From assembly GCA_008632985.1 (NCBI GenBank), contig QPGO01000005.1:951607-1015606 (forward strand): 64,000 nucleotides of DNA, read 5' to 3'. The notes below the pieces were generated by a model, which had not been told where the DNA came from, did not search any database, and saw nothing but the letters and a program-made list of their open reading frames with translations. Position 1 is the first letter of the stretch; every line of letters starts with the position of its first letter. Of this stretch, positions 46,401 to 59,420 are shown in pieces. Made by a program: the position numbers and the translations under genes. The DNA is from Psammoneis japonica (lineage: Eukaryota).

Positions 46401-47778
46401 TTTGCATTTCATTTTTCAGCTCCTGGTTGCTTTGATCACATCCTCCATTTTGTTGCAAGCCTGCCAGTGGCAGCAGCTGCTTTCCAACAACATGCTTTCA
46501 CTTGCCAAAGATTGCAGCACTTGCAAGGCTGTTGCGTCCAATCACAAGAACCCACAGAATCTGCAGCACAAATGGTTTGCCTGGTGCATGCAGATTGTGG
46601 TGGCACTGCAAAGAGACGTGTGTGGTTTGCAGGCATGAAGCCCACGTCCCCTCCCAGCCAGAACAAGAATGCCAAGCAGGAAGAGGTCTGTGAAACGCAA
46701 AACAACAACAGCGCCAAAGTGCTCTCTTCTCTTTGCAAGACGTGCAAAGGAGATCTGGACCATGGAGACAATGTGTCAGTGAAGAGGGTCATTCCTGCGT
46801 GGACAGCAGATGACTTCCAGGTTGTGAGCCTTGACATCGCTTGGCACAAGAAGGCAGCCATCTGCAGAATTGTGAAACATCAAAAAATCTCTTCAGCACA
46901 TTGTTGTCTTGATGCCAGCAGTGAGTGCTTGTGGCACACCCACCTCTGTTCTGTTGATGCCATTGATGCACAAATCATTGTTTGCTTTGTTGCTTTCATT
47001 GGTGTTGTCTGCCGACGTTGACCGCACTCTCACAATGTCGACCATGAGAGGTGGGCGTGGCCAGAGAATGTCCAGGAGCTCAAGAGTGTGTTGCTTGCTG
47101 CCCACAGCAACCAGGTGGAGCATGGCTTGTGACATGGGAGGTGGCAACAAGACCCTGAAGTGCTGGACTGAGAAAATGTTGTGTCAACGCACACCCATGG
47201 TGCATTTCCGTGTTGGCCACCTGTTGCTTTGGGTGAGAAGAAGAAGCCACGGTCATTGTGCAAAGCCAGCGGCCAACATGATGAGCACTCTGCTTCTTGT
47301 GCATGCATTCTCCACAGCATGCTCTGCCACTAAAATGACCCCCTCACAAGCTGCACTCTCTTTTTTCCTCCCCGCAAAAAGGGGGTCGACACAAGCAAAG
47401 GAGCCTTGCCACCGAGGTGTGATGAGATCGGAACAGAAAAGAGAGGAAATGAAATGCGAGACATGACAATGGCGCGCTCTCGAGAAGAAGGAACCTGAAT
47501 CCGACTGTCAGATTAAAATGACCACAGTTTGATCGAACAACACACGAAAAAGAACAACCATTGCGAGTTGAGAATTCGCCAAGGCGAGCGGAATTTCATT
47601 TTGTGACGTGGGCGCTTCAACTAAAAAAATCGAAGCAAAAATGTACTAGAGTACAAATTCTACGTACCGGTAGTACACATATCATAACGTACAAGATTCC
47701 TTCGACCAGCTTTTTTCAGTGACACGCTTGTTCTTTTCGACATGATGTCCATGCTGTACTGTACGCGACCGACCAACC

Positions 47779-48279
47779 ATGAAGTTTCTCGCTTTCTTCT
47801 TATTCTTGACGACTGTCGTCGTTGATGCCAAGAACGGTGCTGGCATTGCCACTGTCCTCAGGGGCGCACAAGCATTGAAGGAAGGAGGTTTCGGATTTGA
47901 CACCCTTCGTTGCGCGGAATTAGGAGAGGAGGGGTTTACGAGTAGGAGTGTCATCATATACGAACGATCCGGCACTTGCTGCATTCCTGGTGGCAGGGGA
48001 AACGACCTTTTGATTGGAGGCTGTGGGGATGATCGAAGGGTGGGAGGAGGAGGAGGAGGAAACGATGTGTTGCATGGTGGTCGTGACGAATGTGCCAAGC
48101 TTAGGGATGGTGGACCTATATGTCTCTGCCAAGATCCAGCAGTTCCCACAACGTGCAGTCTAGTTATCCCAAACAGCTGGGAGGAAGCTGCCAAAAATGC
48201 TGTCGAAAGCGCCAAAGCAGCTCTCCAGTGCGACGTTGAAGGTGGGCAGGTTGTTGTCAACTGCGGCGATCCCAAGTAG
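47779..48279 (+). CDS. Small secreted protein with RTX/hemolysin-type Ca-binding GGxGxD repeats
   Basis: Signal peptide 'MKFLAFFLFLTTVVVDA'. 'GGRGNDLLIGGCGDD…GGGGNDVLHGG'. TpA and CpG both present, TAG stop. Confidence 0.7.
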   Translation: MKFLAFFLFLTTVVVDAKNGAGIATVLRGAQALKEGGFGFDTLRCAELGEEGFTSRSVIIYERSGTCCIPGGRGNDLLIGGCGDDRRVGGGGGGNDVLHGGRDECAKLRDGGPICLCQDPAVPTTCSLVIPNSWEEAAKNAVESAKAALQCDVEGGQVVVNCGDPK

Positions 48280-49079
48280 TTGGTAATAGCATCAACGCTG
48301 CAGGAAGGGAACGGAAAGTTAAATAACATCATACACGAAAACAAAACCAGAAAGCTCCTCGGACTCCTCGAGACTATGTCGTGATTTCATCTGTCAGCAG
48401 AGGGCACATATAAGAAGCAGTCGGTTAAGAGCTGCACGTGTGCAGCGATACATTGAAAATATTAGAAAGGTCCAGATTGTAAATGGTACATCAAATTGAG
48501 AAGTTGCCTCTTGCAGGGTGACAGTTGCAGACAATCTAGCCACCAACATTCACAACTTACGCGTCACCACATAGCATACAGGAGGACAATTCGCGATATA
48601 CTGTAGAGCACAAAACATGCTCCAACTCAAGCATGCATCGTCTCGCTTATACTGGCATCCTTCATTGCTGGGCATCCTCAGGCTTGTTTAACCACACGAG
48701 TACTGTAGGACCATCCCGTCTAGCAAAAAAGAATCTCGGATTGCCAAGAATCTCCCAAGCTCACATCTGATGAATGCACGAGGCACCAAAGAATTCCGTG
48801 TGTTCTGTCTCCAACAAAGCTTTTTATGCAACACTGTCATGCAAGCAGTCTTCCTTCTTTAATTTTCTCAATTGAAAAATTTGCATGGACTGGCACCATT
48901 GGTGTGTTCCCTCCCATTGTTTTCAAATGTTGTTGGTGTCGTCTTTTGCCAATAAAATGCAAAATCATCATTGTCGACTGTGCCAGTCCTGTCTCCTGTC
49001 TCACCAAGCTCCTGAGCTCAGCTCCAAAAAGTTGTTTTGAAATTTTGGAAGCTGAGGCACACTCTTTGTCTCACCCATT

Positions 49080-49330
49080 GCAAAACACAACAATTGAGCA
49101 AAATTTCTTTCCCTGTGCAGATGTCATGGGTTGCCACCAAATCCATCCAAAGCCCAGGTGGCCACACTTCATGAGCTCATCTTAGTTTCTCATGATGGGT
49201 GGGAATCTTGAGCACCAGCATGACTTGACACTGCTGACATTCATGGTCAATGCAATTGATGACACTGGTGCAGTGCATCATGGGAGAAAAGAGGAGCACA
49301 AAACTGTCAGTGTGGTGAGCTGAAAGATTT
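49080..49330 (-). pseudogene. Decayed SET-domain gene fragment
   Basis: 'HTDSFVLLFSP…SVINCIDH' (NYINH-like) and 'GLWMDLVATHDICTGKEILLNC' (ATRDI..GEEI..NY-like). Confidence 0.5.
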
Positions 49331-50511
49331 CAAACCATGTCTCCAACTCACAATCTTTTGGATCCTCACAGCAAAGCAAGTGGCCACAACACGTGGATGT
49401 TGCTGATGCCATTGTTTCACCTTGCAGTGTTGGGCCCACTGTGCTTGTCTGTGTGCTTCTCAGCCATTGCACTTGAAGAATGTGGCAATGTTGCTCACAT
49501 GATTGTGCAGATTGAAGTGGGGCAAGGAATTCTTGCATGGACAAACTTTGTCGGAGGTCGTTGTCTTGGCCAATGGCAACTTTGTTTGGGAGAGCCACGA
49601 CAGCATTTTTTGGGCCATTGTCAAAACACTTCTTGTGTTTTTGGCTGCCAGCCAATGCTGAAGCCCTCCCACTTGCTTTCCATTGCAATGACTGATCAGC
49701 TGCAGAGGGTGAGATGTGCACTGTCACCAAGCTGGCGTGTGCCTTTGACAAGCTCCCATTGTTCCACATTGTGGCACACTGCCCCAATGAACAGCAACCT
49801 CAATTGAGAACTTCATCAAGTGGTGCCAGGCATGTGGAGTTGGCTGTTTGTGAGTTTGAAGCATGATGGCAGAAATGAGAGGGAGGAGGTGCATCCACCT
49901 GCTGACAAGCTCCCCAAACTTTGCAAAGCCACTCTGTGTTTGCTCCATGTTCAACACAATTTTGCAGCAACAGGTTGTGCCACGGCACTCTGCTGCACTG
50001 GCTTCCAGTGATTCCTGCATCTTGGCATGGCCTTGTGCTGGGCCACAATGTGGTGCATTTTTTTCAACAGCCTTGTCAACAGCTCCAAGCAAATGCAAAC
50101 ACCAGCACAGTGTCAGTGCCAAAGGTTGGCAACAAATGAGGAGCAGCTGGTGAGTGATTTGAGGTGCAATGACATGACAAGATGTGAAGAAAAGGGCATG
50201 CAAAAGCTTGAGCAAGAAACTCCACACCTCAGAGAATGAAGCAAGGTGGCCAAAACACTTGGATGTTGCTGGCGCTGTTGCTCTGATGTCTGTTGACTTC
50301 TTTGCCATTGGCTGCACAGCCTTGAAGCTGAGCACAAAATCACATTTTTTTGTTTTTCTGTCCCCGGAGCAACGGTGCTGTGTTTGAACAATTTGCCGCC
50401 AACACAAGGCACCACCCACAACAACCATTTAAAGTGCACACAATGCATGGCAAAAAGCATGCCAAGAAACCATCAAGATGCGTGCTTTTCTTTGCAGCTG
50501 GTGCTGTGAAG

Positions 50512-50701
50512 TGACAGAACACCAAAGGGCAATGAGGACAACAGCATGACAGACTCCCCAAGCACTGGGATTGTGATGACATGAGTGCCAGTGGAAAGAA
50601 GTGAGAGGCAGATCTCAGAGAGATCTGCTCGTCTGTCTGGATGACAGTCTGGTCATCATCTGTGCACAGTCAGTCTCCATCACAGGACAGGTGGGCTTGC
50701 A
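50512..50701 (-). repeat. 3' LTR (truncated), preceded by polypurine tract AGGGGAGGG (50710-50702)
   Basis: Begins TG at 50701 on the minus strand. Aligns with 60332-60516, including a long near-identical core 'gaaagaagtgagaggcagatctcagagagatctgctcgtc'. Confidence 0.85.
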
Positions 50702-53700
50702 CCCTCCCCTGTGATCTGCAACATCTAAAAACAGAAGACAGTGCAAATCAATCCAAAGAGTGGGAATGATGCAAACAGAGAGGCCAAAGGACACAACAAG
50801 TGTCCAAGCCCAACACGCAACAAACAAGGGGGCAATGTGCAGCAGGGGGGGCACCATGGAAAAAACATCAACGGCAGTGTCCCATCATGCGTTGAGCATG
50901 GCAAGCATGGAGCACCCATCCTGGAGCCTTGGCAAGGTTGTTGCTGGGATTGGACAATGCCAGGGACATGTCATGCAACAATCTTGCCTGCTTTTTTTCC
51001 ATTCTTGGGTCAAAAAGAACCCAGTGTCAACATGACGTGAGCACTTGGTTGGAACGGAATGGCTGATTTGGGAGAAACCCAATTCATGGAGAACATGACA
51101 AAGACAAAGGATGTGCTCAGCAGCAGTGCCAGCATCATGGAACTTGGCTTCCACAGAGCTTGCAGCAGTCACCAATTGAGTCTTGCACCAAATGGAAATG
51201 GCAGCACCCGCCAACATGCAAGCATGACCTGCAGTGGAACGGTGGTCATGAAGGTCATTGCCACAGGCAGCATCCAGGAAAACAACAAGTTGATGATCGC
51301 ACTCAGTGATGGGAAAGGATGAAAGGGTTGGGTCAGCAGTCAATTGCTCACATGAGGACAGGGAGGCAGACTGGAGTCACGCTTGGGTTTCTTGTGGCTC
51401 AATTCCCAATGCTTGGTTTGCCAAAGATGCTTGCAAGCACCCTTCAGTGCACCACAATGTGCTTCAGCAGGGCAGGCAGAGAACTTGGAAAGGGCAGTGA
51501 TTGCACACCCAATGTCCAATTGACAGACAACATGTGTGTGCAGCAATTCACCAAGGAGGGTGTGGCATCCAAAACCGGCAGCCTCTTCAAGCTCCGCATG
51601 CTCTGGTGTGCCTTCAGTGGGACCAACAGCAGCCCACAATTTGCAAATGGAGTCAACACTGCCAGGAACTGGAGTTGCCTCAAAGTTGTCAGTGAGTTCC
51701 TTGGCAGTCAGTTTTGCCCAACCATGTGAGAGACACACTCAGTCAATGCAGCCGTGGATGGCAACACCAATGGGGTCATCATGCTGGTGAACATCCATGC
51801 CATTGAAGTCTTCAATCAACCCGAGATGCTTGAATGGTGGGGTGGCTTCCAAAGAATGTTGGAGGGCCTTGCCAATCTCAGCACAGATTGTGATCACATG
51901 GGATTCTTCAGGACAGGCAATCAAGAAGTCATTGACCTGGTGAAGCAACAAAATTTTGTGTCCTTCGAATGCAGTGGAATGGACGACACACTTGTCATGC
52001 ACAGCATTGCGGAACAACGGAGTCACACCCATCAGTGGTTCTCCCAGAGCATGCCGGCTTCTGGGTGTCCTTGGAGTGCATGTTGCATTGGCAACACCAA
52101 ACTTCTGTCCAGCTCAACACACCAAAATGTTGGGACTTGCACCATGTTGCATGCACATCATCAACAGCAACATGGACAGAACACTGGACAACTCATGGCA
52201 GCCACCAGAGCAAAGAACATCCTTTGGATGGGCTGTTCAACACAAAAGGAGTGCGTTGAATGGAGACAGTGGAGAACAGATGCTGCACGTTGGGAGCCAT
52301 CACAACATTGACAAGAACGTCTCATGCCATCATGCTTGAGGTCATGCTGCCAATGTGGACAAAGGATGATGGCATCCTTGGGGTGCTTGATCAAGGCACC
52401 AAACACACCCAGTTTATGGAATTGATCCAATTGCTTGAACTTGCCTGCACGCCATTCAGAGGCCGTGCAGGTGGCTTCTTGTTGAGATGGTGCCAAGCAA
52501 AGGCACCCAGTGCCTGCTCCTCCAGAATGACAGCTTGAGAGGATGTCACATGGATGTTGACAACACTGTTGTCACAGTCAATGGAGACAGAGACAGGGGG
52601 AGGAACATTGTTGTCATTGATGTCAGAGAAATCAACACCTGGGTGGCAAATCGCAGCAATGGCATGGGTGTCAGCGTGTGTTGGCTCCAGGACATGCTCA
52701 TCATCAGGATCCAGAGTGGATGAAAAAATGTCATGTTCCGCCAGGGCACATTGCAAAGCCTCAGAGTCAAGGCAGTGTCCAGGTGCAAGTTCAATTTCAA
52801 AATGAGTCACTTTCCAAAGTCACAGGCCTGTTGCAGATGTTTGACTGCATCTTCAGCAGCAAAGACATGTTGATCATCAACCAAAACAATGCAAGCACCC
52901 AGAATCTTGTTGCATGTCACCTTCAAGGATGAGAAGAGATGGGCAGCAGGAGTGCCACACCCAACATTCAAGACAAAAACTTGTTGGTGCAATTCATCCG
53001 CAGTCAAGGGCAAGCCAAAGTTGGGATCAGCAAAGGGGCCTTTCATTGCATGCATGATTGTCTTGGCAAAAGGGTTGCCACCAAAGTGGAGCTCATCCGC
53101 AGTTCTTTCCTTGGTCTCAGCAGGGAATGGCTTGCCAGCCGTGTGTTCCAAGTGAGCCACATTCAGATGAATGGGCTCATGACCCAAATCATTCATGCCC
53201 TCATCAAAGCTGATGTGCTTGGCAAGCTTGACCTGAGACGTCTCAGTGTCACACCACAAGACACTCTTTGTGGCATCCGGGAGGTGACCAAGGAACAGGC
53301 CCTTGTGGGAGATGGTCCAGAATTTTTCCGGATGGTGATTCGAGGCATGAAGCCAAACACAACAACCAAATGTTCAGAGAGCAGTGAAGTCATCTTTTTG
53401 ACCAGCAGCAAGAGCAATCAGGGCCACAGTTTGTCCTTGGGAAGATGTGGCATTCTTGATGCAAAGACAATGGTGAAAAGCATGAGGCCAAAATTTGATG
53501 GGCAAAATTGGCACCTGTCAGCATGGCCTGAATGGCACTTGCAATGGTCAAATGACTCCGTTCAACTGGGCCACTTTGGTTTGGAGCATCTTTTCTAGTG
53601 TGGGACAAATTGCACAATGGAAGTCATCCTCAAAAAGTTGCCGAGCTGCCGGATTGTCACACAGTTCACCACCTTGATCCAGAAAAACACACTTGTCTGG

Positions 53701-55499
53701 ACATTTTGGCAAGTGCTCTTCCAGAAAGTGGCAAACCCAATTCAATGGAGTGGCCTTGGGAACACGAGCAGCACCATGGAAACACTTCATAAAATGATCA
53801 TAAAAACAGCGATCCAACGTGTCTCACCATTCAAGCCAACACAGTTCTTGGTGCACGTTCCTTGTTCTTAGAGTGCAATCCAGAGAAAGAAAAGTCCACA
53901 GTTGGACCTTGGCAGGGTTGAGTGGCAGTCAAAGTGGTGTTCAGACCAGTGGGTTCCTTGGTCTGATTGGCTCAGATGCATGTGGGACAAGCACTGGGGG
54001 ATGAACCATGAGCAAACTTTGGAACACCATCAATGCACTCATGAGCATGATGCAAGCAGTGATCACTGGGATGCTCAAGTCATTGATGCCATGAAAAATG
54101 TTCCGTGTTGGCCTTGAGAGATTGGACAGGGGTGTTCTTTCCTCAGCATGCGCTCTTCAAATGGCACATTCTGACAGACACAGGGAATCAACTTCCGCTC
54201 CACATGCAGGGCATCAGTTGGTGTCAATGACGTGTTTCAATCATGTGTGCCAAAACTGCCTCACATTCTTCAGCAAAGGATGGATCACTGGTCTTGAGAA
54301 ACTCAATTGATGCATCATGTTGGCAGGGTCTGTCATGCAAGGTGGGATCACTTGATTGACAAGGCAATCATGAAACAAGTCCACAATGTTCTTCTTGGGT
54401 TGAGCATGCTGAACGGATCCAGATCAAATGTGGAGTCTGCACAGAGCACATTCAGTGATGTGTGGAGATGCAGCATTGAGACATGTGGTTGGAATTCACA
54501 ACAGATCTCTGCAACAGACGTGGGAGCAGCCTTTGTGAGAAGGTCTCGGGAGGTGCCATGGTTTCACCTGGTGAAAACATTTTTGGTCATGCACACACAC
54601 ATGCAGAAATCTGGCATGTTTCTACGAGCAAGAAAAATGCAGGGAAAGGAAGAAAAAAATGCTTTCAGGAACAAAAGATGAGGCTTGCTTGATCAGCTCA
54701 CAAAGCAAATGAATTGAAACAGAAAGAGTGGTGCAGAATTTGGTGGCACAGTGCAAGGCCACATCTGGGACACCAACAATCCAGGTGTCACACTGGACGT
54801 CAAGATTTTTTGAAATAAAACCCATCATCTTCTCCATTTGGTCCAAGATTGTGCTAATTTGTCAAGTCTGTGTGTGTGTGAAATGTTCAACAACAAACAT
54901 CTGCATTCCCCAATTTAGCCATTTGCCACCCCTTCCAACAAGCCTCATGTGTTCATTTGATTTTGTGTCAATTTCTGGATGGTGTGTCAATCAATTTTCT
55001 GCATCAAAATCACCGCACACATTCCTCAAGGTGGACTCTGCTTGCCTTCTAAATTTTCTCTCCCCGCCCATTCCATCCTTCCGTCCACGACGCCTCCCCC
55101 CATTGCACCTTTTTTCTTGTCCTCCATTTCCACCCTGTGTCACTAAATCCCCAAGTGATTGTTGCTGCACATGCTGTTCCGTTCGATTCTCTTCTTGACA
55201 CTCCTTTGTCTCTGCACATTGGCCATGTTGTCTGATGGTCTTGTTTGTCCTTTCTTTTCTGAACGCGGTCTCAGCAGGCATGTTGCAACCAACTGCCTCC
55301 ATTCCGCTGTTCCAACCAAGTCTTTTGGTTGTCTTTGTTGCAGACAACGTGGTTTTGACTCCGAAAACAATGTGCAGCATCACCTGTCTTGGCACTGCAC
55401 TGCTGCATCTGTTCTCCCTTCCCCATTGACACAGTTGCGCCACAAAACCCAATCATCTTCCACATCCGGTGGGACATCTCTTTCCTCTCATCCTCTGGA

Positions 55500-57900
55500 T
55501 TCCACCTCTGTTGCCTCCCTTGGGTCCCAAACCGACAAACCCAAATGCCCCCATTGCCGTGTCCCCTTTTCCAACATTGCCCTTCATCTGCAAAAGCACT
55601 TGCCCTGCTGCAAAATGGAGGAAATGTCCCTTTGCCGGTTTGCCGCATCTTCAAATGCTGCAAATTCATTGCCCCCTCCAGACGACGATTCACTTGATGA
55701 CCATGATGATCCTGCTGTGTTTGGTTTTTCTGATGATGATGCCCAGCCTCCCCTTCCCGAAGTCCTTTGGAATCCAGATCCACCTCCTCCCACACAATCC
55801 AACAATTCTTCTCCAGCTGGCCCTCCCTCTGCCAGAAATGGACTGCGCCCACCCTCAGTCAGACACTCTGGTTGATTGTGTTCTGCCGCCAATGTTGCTG
55901 CCGCCAGTGCAGCCACCAAAAATGCCCACCAATTTGTTTTGTTTGCAGATGATGGTGTGTCTGCCCTTGGAGAGGACAGTCCTGTGGATGTCCCTGAGTC
56001 AGTTGGAGCTGACCACATTGATGGCAGTTGCGGGCCTCCCTCAATCTCATGTCCAACAGAAGAGCCTGTTCCTCCTCCCCCCGGTGTTGAATCCATTTTA
56101 GCTTCTTCCTTTGATCAACACAATCCTTTGGGACCGGCGCATGATGTCGCCCCTGATGAGGACTTCGATGTCCCTCCAGTCTGCTCACCCAGCATTCTGC
56201 CAGTTGACAAAGCAATGAGAATTTTGCACAAAGAGCATGCAGAAAAAAAATTGGACATGTCAAAGCCCCCCATCACGACCACTGTGGTGATGAAGCAACT
56301 CCTTGGGCCATTTCCCAATGTCCCTCTCCCCCGACTGCTGCTGTGGTGCTTGAATGCAACAATCCAATGCAGCAACAGAGGGGTTGTCCAAAATGTTGTC
56401 GCTTCCCACCTTTCCCAGTTTGCAGTTTCACCAAGACCCTTCAGGATCTTTTTGCTGAGCCAGTGTTCTGTGATCTTTCCAAGTTGCAGGTTGATCCAAA
56501 TGATGTTTGGTCACCGCATCCCCCCTCCGACGGCAATTTGGATTCCAGCGCTGGCCAGGCTGATGGTGTTGAGATGTTGTTTCTGGATTGTCCTGGTGAC
56601 TGGCAACTGTCCACTCAAAGTCAAGACATGGGTGACGGAGAGTGGCAACAACATTGCTCCAATGCCAAGGAAACGGCCTCTGATTTTCATGTTCACCTTT
56701 TTAATTGTTTGGACAAGACCAGAGTCAATGTGGTCAACCCTCACAGGATGGAGCCTGCAATGTGCTCACTTGCCATGATTCAAGAGGATGCATGCCATGA
56801 CTGTTGTTGTTGGCATCCACTTGGTTTCATGCCTGACATGGACAAGAAAGACAAGAAAGACAAGTCTGGGTGCCTTGTTGTTGCCAACTGCCACCGCATT
56901 CTCAAGGAGGTTCTCCATGGGCTGCTTCATTGCCAGGCAAATTCACCCATTGTTTGTGCAACAATGGGCAATCAATGCCGCCATGTCAGAGCCATGATGC
57001 ATTGCAACTCCCTGTTGGGGGACATCCTTGATCAAGAACACATTTGGGGCAGAGTCATGAGCCAAAGCAAGACCAAGCAGTTGTCTCACAACTGCCATGT
57101 GCCCTCTCACCTTTCTGATGATCCCCTCCATGCTTGCCAGTTCTTCAACCAAGCTTTCATTGAGTTGCTCACTGTTGCTGCGTTGGGTCTGGATCCCAAG
57201 GATGACAACAGCCATTGGCACCAGCATGTTAAAAACATTTCCCGGAAGCATTGCACAATGACCGCTAAAAAAAGGCTGAGAATGAGCTTGCTTCATCCCT
57301 CATTTGCTGAATGACCACATGCTCCAAAATGTTGAGGAAAGTGTTTGGACAGCATGCAGTTGACAATGCATGCTTTCCACTCAACATGGGTGACAACCCA
57401 CGTGGTGCATTTGGCATGACCATTGCTGACACAATGCATGTGATGGAGGCAGGTGTTGTCCCTCAAATGATGGAGGCAACAGTTGGAGAGATGTCTGCCA
57501 AACAGAAAGAGGAATGTGACGGATTGCATTGGAGCCATTCTGCACAGCCTGGTGTCATCCAGGTCAGAGACATGTGACTGTCCGTGCATTCGAGTCAATG
57601 GGGGACTTTCCACACTTGGTCAACTTAGAACAAAGTTGCCACGTAGAAAAAAGACAGCACCAAGCTGCCCACTTTTGGAAGGCTTGAACTTTCATTTGAT
57701 GTCAGTCCCAAGGTTGTTCCCAGTGGAATGCCTTGGCTTGATGGCACCGTCTCTTTTCTTGGTGTGCTTGTGAAGCAGGTGCCTGTCGACACCACCTCCC
57801 CATGATGGATTGTCTGGACAGGCAGGAACAAAAAATGATGCGTGCCTCCATTTGTGGGCATGCCCACAAAACATCACATCCAGTGAAACAACAATGGTGC
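55500..57900 (+). mobile_element. Decayed Plavaka-like transposase gene nested in the copia element
   Basis: C2H2-like 'CPHCRVPFSNIALHL', 'LFNCLDKT…MEP', 'WHPLGFMPD', 'NCHRILKEVL', 'LLGD', 'DNACF…GDNPRGAFG…DTMHVMEAG'. Confidence 0.65.
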
Positions 57901-58771
57901 CTTCAGGACACTCGTTGGACAGCATCTCCTCAAGTTGGTTCTGTGCCCCAATGTCATCAAAAAGCATCCGCTCATTGAAAGAATGCATGTTCCTGTGATG
58001 GGAGCGATTCACAACAACCATGTCTCAGTGACAATGTGATGCTTTGGTGCCATTGGAGAGCCAAAAGAGAAAGTGTGAAATTGTGGACAGGTGAGCTCCC
58101 TTGTGCACACACACACGTGTCAGAGAAGTGGGTTGGATCAGTTTGGGCAACAGAGAGAGCAGTTGGAGAGAGATGGCATCGGGTGGTTGAGGGAATGATT
58201 GATTGAGATGTGATTGAATGAAAAAGAGGCAATGAGAGATGCAGATTTGTGCAAAAGAACAGGGGGTTTGACACAATTTTTTAAACCAAATGAAACTGAT
58301 GTTGCATCAGGAAACAGGTGCAATGCATGCATTGGGATGAGCACACAAGATGCATTTTTTGACGTTGATTCAAACAATGTGGCAATCTTCATTGAGGTGT
58401 TGGATTGGCTTGCAATGAAGCACAACTCAAAACAGTGGAAGGTTGACAGAAATTCAAACATGGCAGGTTGGAAATGAGCACTCAAAAATGACACAAACAA
58501 ATGTTTAAATCAAGAGAGGATGCGCGAGCAACAACAAAACAGAGAAAATCACATGCAAAGTGCACTCATTTCGAAGCTCACCTGTTCATAAACTGACAGG
58601 GCAAGGACGGCAGTTGAACACAAGAGGCAGCCATTGGGAAGGACAAAAAGATGGAGGAGACAGTTGTCACAGGAGCAACAGAGGGAGGAAGCAAAACTTT
58701 GAGCAGCAAGTCAGGTTGAGAAGGGCATGACAAAGAGTTCCTGATGAACCAACAACCTGTGATTTTCCTGT

Positions 58772-59420
58772 GTGGTGTCACGCAAAGTTGCCATGAGTCC
58801 TGCGGTGGTGGCCTTGTTCAATGCACAAAGAAACAAACATGGGGAATTAAACAGATTCCAGTTTGCAGGTGGGGACTCAAGTTCGGTGGTGACTCCCATG
58901 GAGGGATGTCTTGTGTTGGATCGTGCACCAGCAGTGGGCAAGAAATTGATGGGATCAATGCTGACAAAGGCAATCAATGAAAGTGTTTGGCTGCTTCACA
59001 AGTTTATGATCTTTGACCAAGAACTCGCCACAGGAGGAGATTGCATGAAAATGGTTCTGCAGGAGTCAAGGAGCATGGCATCTTCGCCGGAGGTGTTCTG
59101 GGAAGAATGCAAAGAGGTGTTCAGAACCAAACTCAACCGCAAGAGGAACAATGTGCAGGACAACATTGGGAGGAGAATGACAGGTGAGCAGCTGTGTGCG
59201 TGCCTTCAATTGTGTTGGAGGCGATTGTCCAATGGGGTGAGTGTCACTTCCTTTGATTTTGTCTGTGCAGTGGCTGCTTTAGAGGGATCGCTGGTGGAGT
59301 GCAAGGATTTGACAAAGGGAAGAGCTGACAAGGACACATGCGGGTGGTTGTTCTTGGAAACTGTGGTGCCGACGGTGGTGGGACAAGCACAGTTTGGTGG
59401 AAGCACAGCCGCTCCAAGAG
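58772..59420 (+). pseudogene. Decayed ORF, probably an accessory gene of the nested DNA transposon
   Basis: Protein-like stretch 'FWEECKEVFRTKLNRKRNNVQDNI' with a possible relict intron ('aggtgag' ~59181). Family not recognised. Confidence 0.35.

Noticed and set aside
45340..47450. Specific family calls for the remaining decayed ORFs
   Set aside because: Apart from a short copia RNase H-like tail (~45440-45520, 'LSFHHIHEATIASG'), no recognisable motif.
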